Below are positions 62,511 through 64,000 of a stretch of 64,000 nucleotides of DNA, one piece after another (position 1 is the stretch's first letter; the number at the start of each line of letters is the position of its first letter). Origin of the DNA: Isurus oxyrinchus (Eukaryota); assembly GCA_026770705.1 (NCBI GenBank), contig JANJGN010000036.1, forward strand, positions 682,001 through 746,000, given 5' to 3'. The position numbers and the translations under genes are program-made. The notes under the pieces are model-generated. The model had not been told where the DNA came from. It worked only from the letters and a program-made list of their open reading frames with translations, and made no database searches.

Positions 62511-63466
62511 ACTCATGGATTTTCTTTTTTGTCCTGGGGGTGTTTTATTCGGAGACGGCAGTTTGTTCGGAACTAGTGAATTACTCCAACTGATTCTTTG
62601 AATCCATTGAACACAAACAGCAATCTGATCGGATAAATTCCACTAACCAAACACACTCACTCAAATGCAGCTCACTCAACAGGGCAAAAGCCAGCAAACC
62701 GTCTTGTTGGTGAAACTGTCCGGAGAGAGATTGGGACAGAGATACCGATTAATTTGCACCAAATGATAATGATGTGCACGATCTGAATTAATGTCACGTG
62801 CTCTATTAGCCTCAACCAATAGTGTGGGTCCATTCTGGAGCGGTACAACCTTATCAGCACAGTATTAGGAACCCGAGTCATGCACCTGGACTTTGCGAAT
62901 TTCCAGTATCAATTGATGTTTGCTGTTGCCTTTTTTGGAAATAAACTTACAATCGGCCCACTAACAGGGTCGGATATCGATTAGTATCTGGCCTTCACCC
63001 ACAGGTATTTTGACCAGAAATTGCAAGACACTAATCCTTCTTCATAAATGTAGTGACAGGTTATTGGAACCGTCTGGCCGACTTCAGCTGCAAAACTGAA
63101 GGGGCTCTGAGGCAGAGAGTGCTCGGATTCTGCAACCAGACTGATTATTGTTACATTGCCATTGAGAGACAGGAAGCAGCCGCTTTGAAGCACGTGGCCT
63201 GTAATTTAAGAAAGTCACGTCATTGCCTTTAATTATTCTTGGTTAGATTAATTTTCCAATTTGCGTTTTCTTCACTTTACAGAAGGAACCAGTAAATAAA
63301 CTCACATTATCAGATTAAGTTCCTTTCCCTAATCGCTGGGTCAAATTTTGAGCTGGATAAACACTTTTTCTGACTTATTCCTGTTTAAAATTCTCATCCG
63401 CCTCTTACTCATCATAAACCCACAGGACTTGGAAAATGAGCATCAGAGATAATGATTCCTCAGCAT
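62510..63466 (-). pseudogene. Type B receptor pseudogene (leader, V, partial C)
   Basis: Frameshifted leader 63466-63413 with donor atgagt. V exon 63129-~62810 (ESEHSLPQSPFSFAAEVGQTVPITCHY..DSGS*YCA..PLQNGPTLLV) with stops. Degenerate C exon from ~62720. Confidence 0.85.
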
Positions 63467-64000
63467 CTTGACGAGGTGAGATTTCAAATTGTTACTGCAG
63501 GCGCAGTGATCACTGACTGATCTGAGCTCAGACCCAATGAGCTACTTCACTTTCTGATGTTGCGGAAACTGCGATGAGCTTTGTTATTGAAAGTATGACA
63601 CCATATTAGGTGCGGCTCCTTGTGAATGCCACGTGCATCTGACTTACTGTGAGCCACAGCGGTCAAATGGCAGAATGCTTATAAAGAGCTTCATTGCATT
63701 GTCATTCAGAGAGGTGGTAACAGAAAACTACCTGTATGGGTAGATGTTCAATATTGCAGTTAAAGATTGATTCATTCTCGGGGTAAGCCTCACTTGGAAG
63801 GCCAGAATCTCTTAACCATCTAGAATTGCCTATTGAGAAGGTGGTGGTGAGCTGCCTTCTTAAAGTACTGCCGTCCATGTGGTGTAGGAACACCAAAGTG
63901 CTGTTAGGGAGAGAGTTCCAGGATTTTGACCAAGTGCCAGTTAATGAACTGTGGTTCATTCCAAGTCTGGATGGCGTGTGACTTGGAGGGGAGCTTGCAC

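Overview
Vertebrate genomic DNA, almost certainly from a cartilaginous fish (shark): it carries CR1/L2-type LINEs, Penelope-like relics, a shark-type GPR139-like gene and a shark-type Ig light-chain C exon. There are three N-gaps. The main content is a birth-and-death cluster of non-rearranging antigen-receptor-like genes with the layout leader - germline-joined VJ exon - C1 exon - TM - cytoplasmic exons carrying a YxxL motif. Two distinct types occur. Type A (+ strand) has one intact spliced ORF (29308-34140, 303 aa, tail ETLYARL). Type B (- strand) has one intact spliced ORF (52958-48426, 342 aa, tail GPLYASL) whose V domain has lost both canonical cysteines. At least six decayed copies surround them. 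A and B starts lie head-to-head about 2 kb apart. Both proteins have a juxtamembrane Cys and an uncharged TM, and no RSS was seen, which suggests a germline-encoded TCR-like, possibly heterodimeric, inhibitory receptor system (candidate relatives: PRARP/VJ-C1 genes). Also present are an orphan IgL constant-exon pseudogene, a GPR139-like pseudogene, a thrice-repeated unidentified decayed coding-like block, Penelope-type hammerhead motifs and tandem repeats. All exon models were read by eye and have no transcript support.
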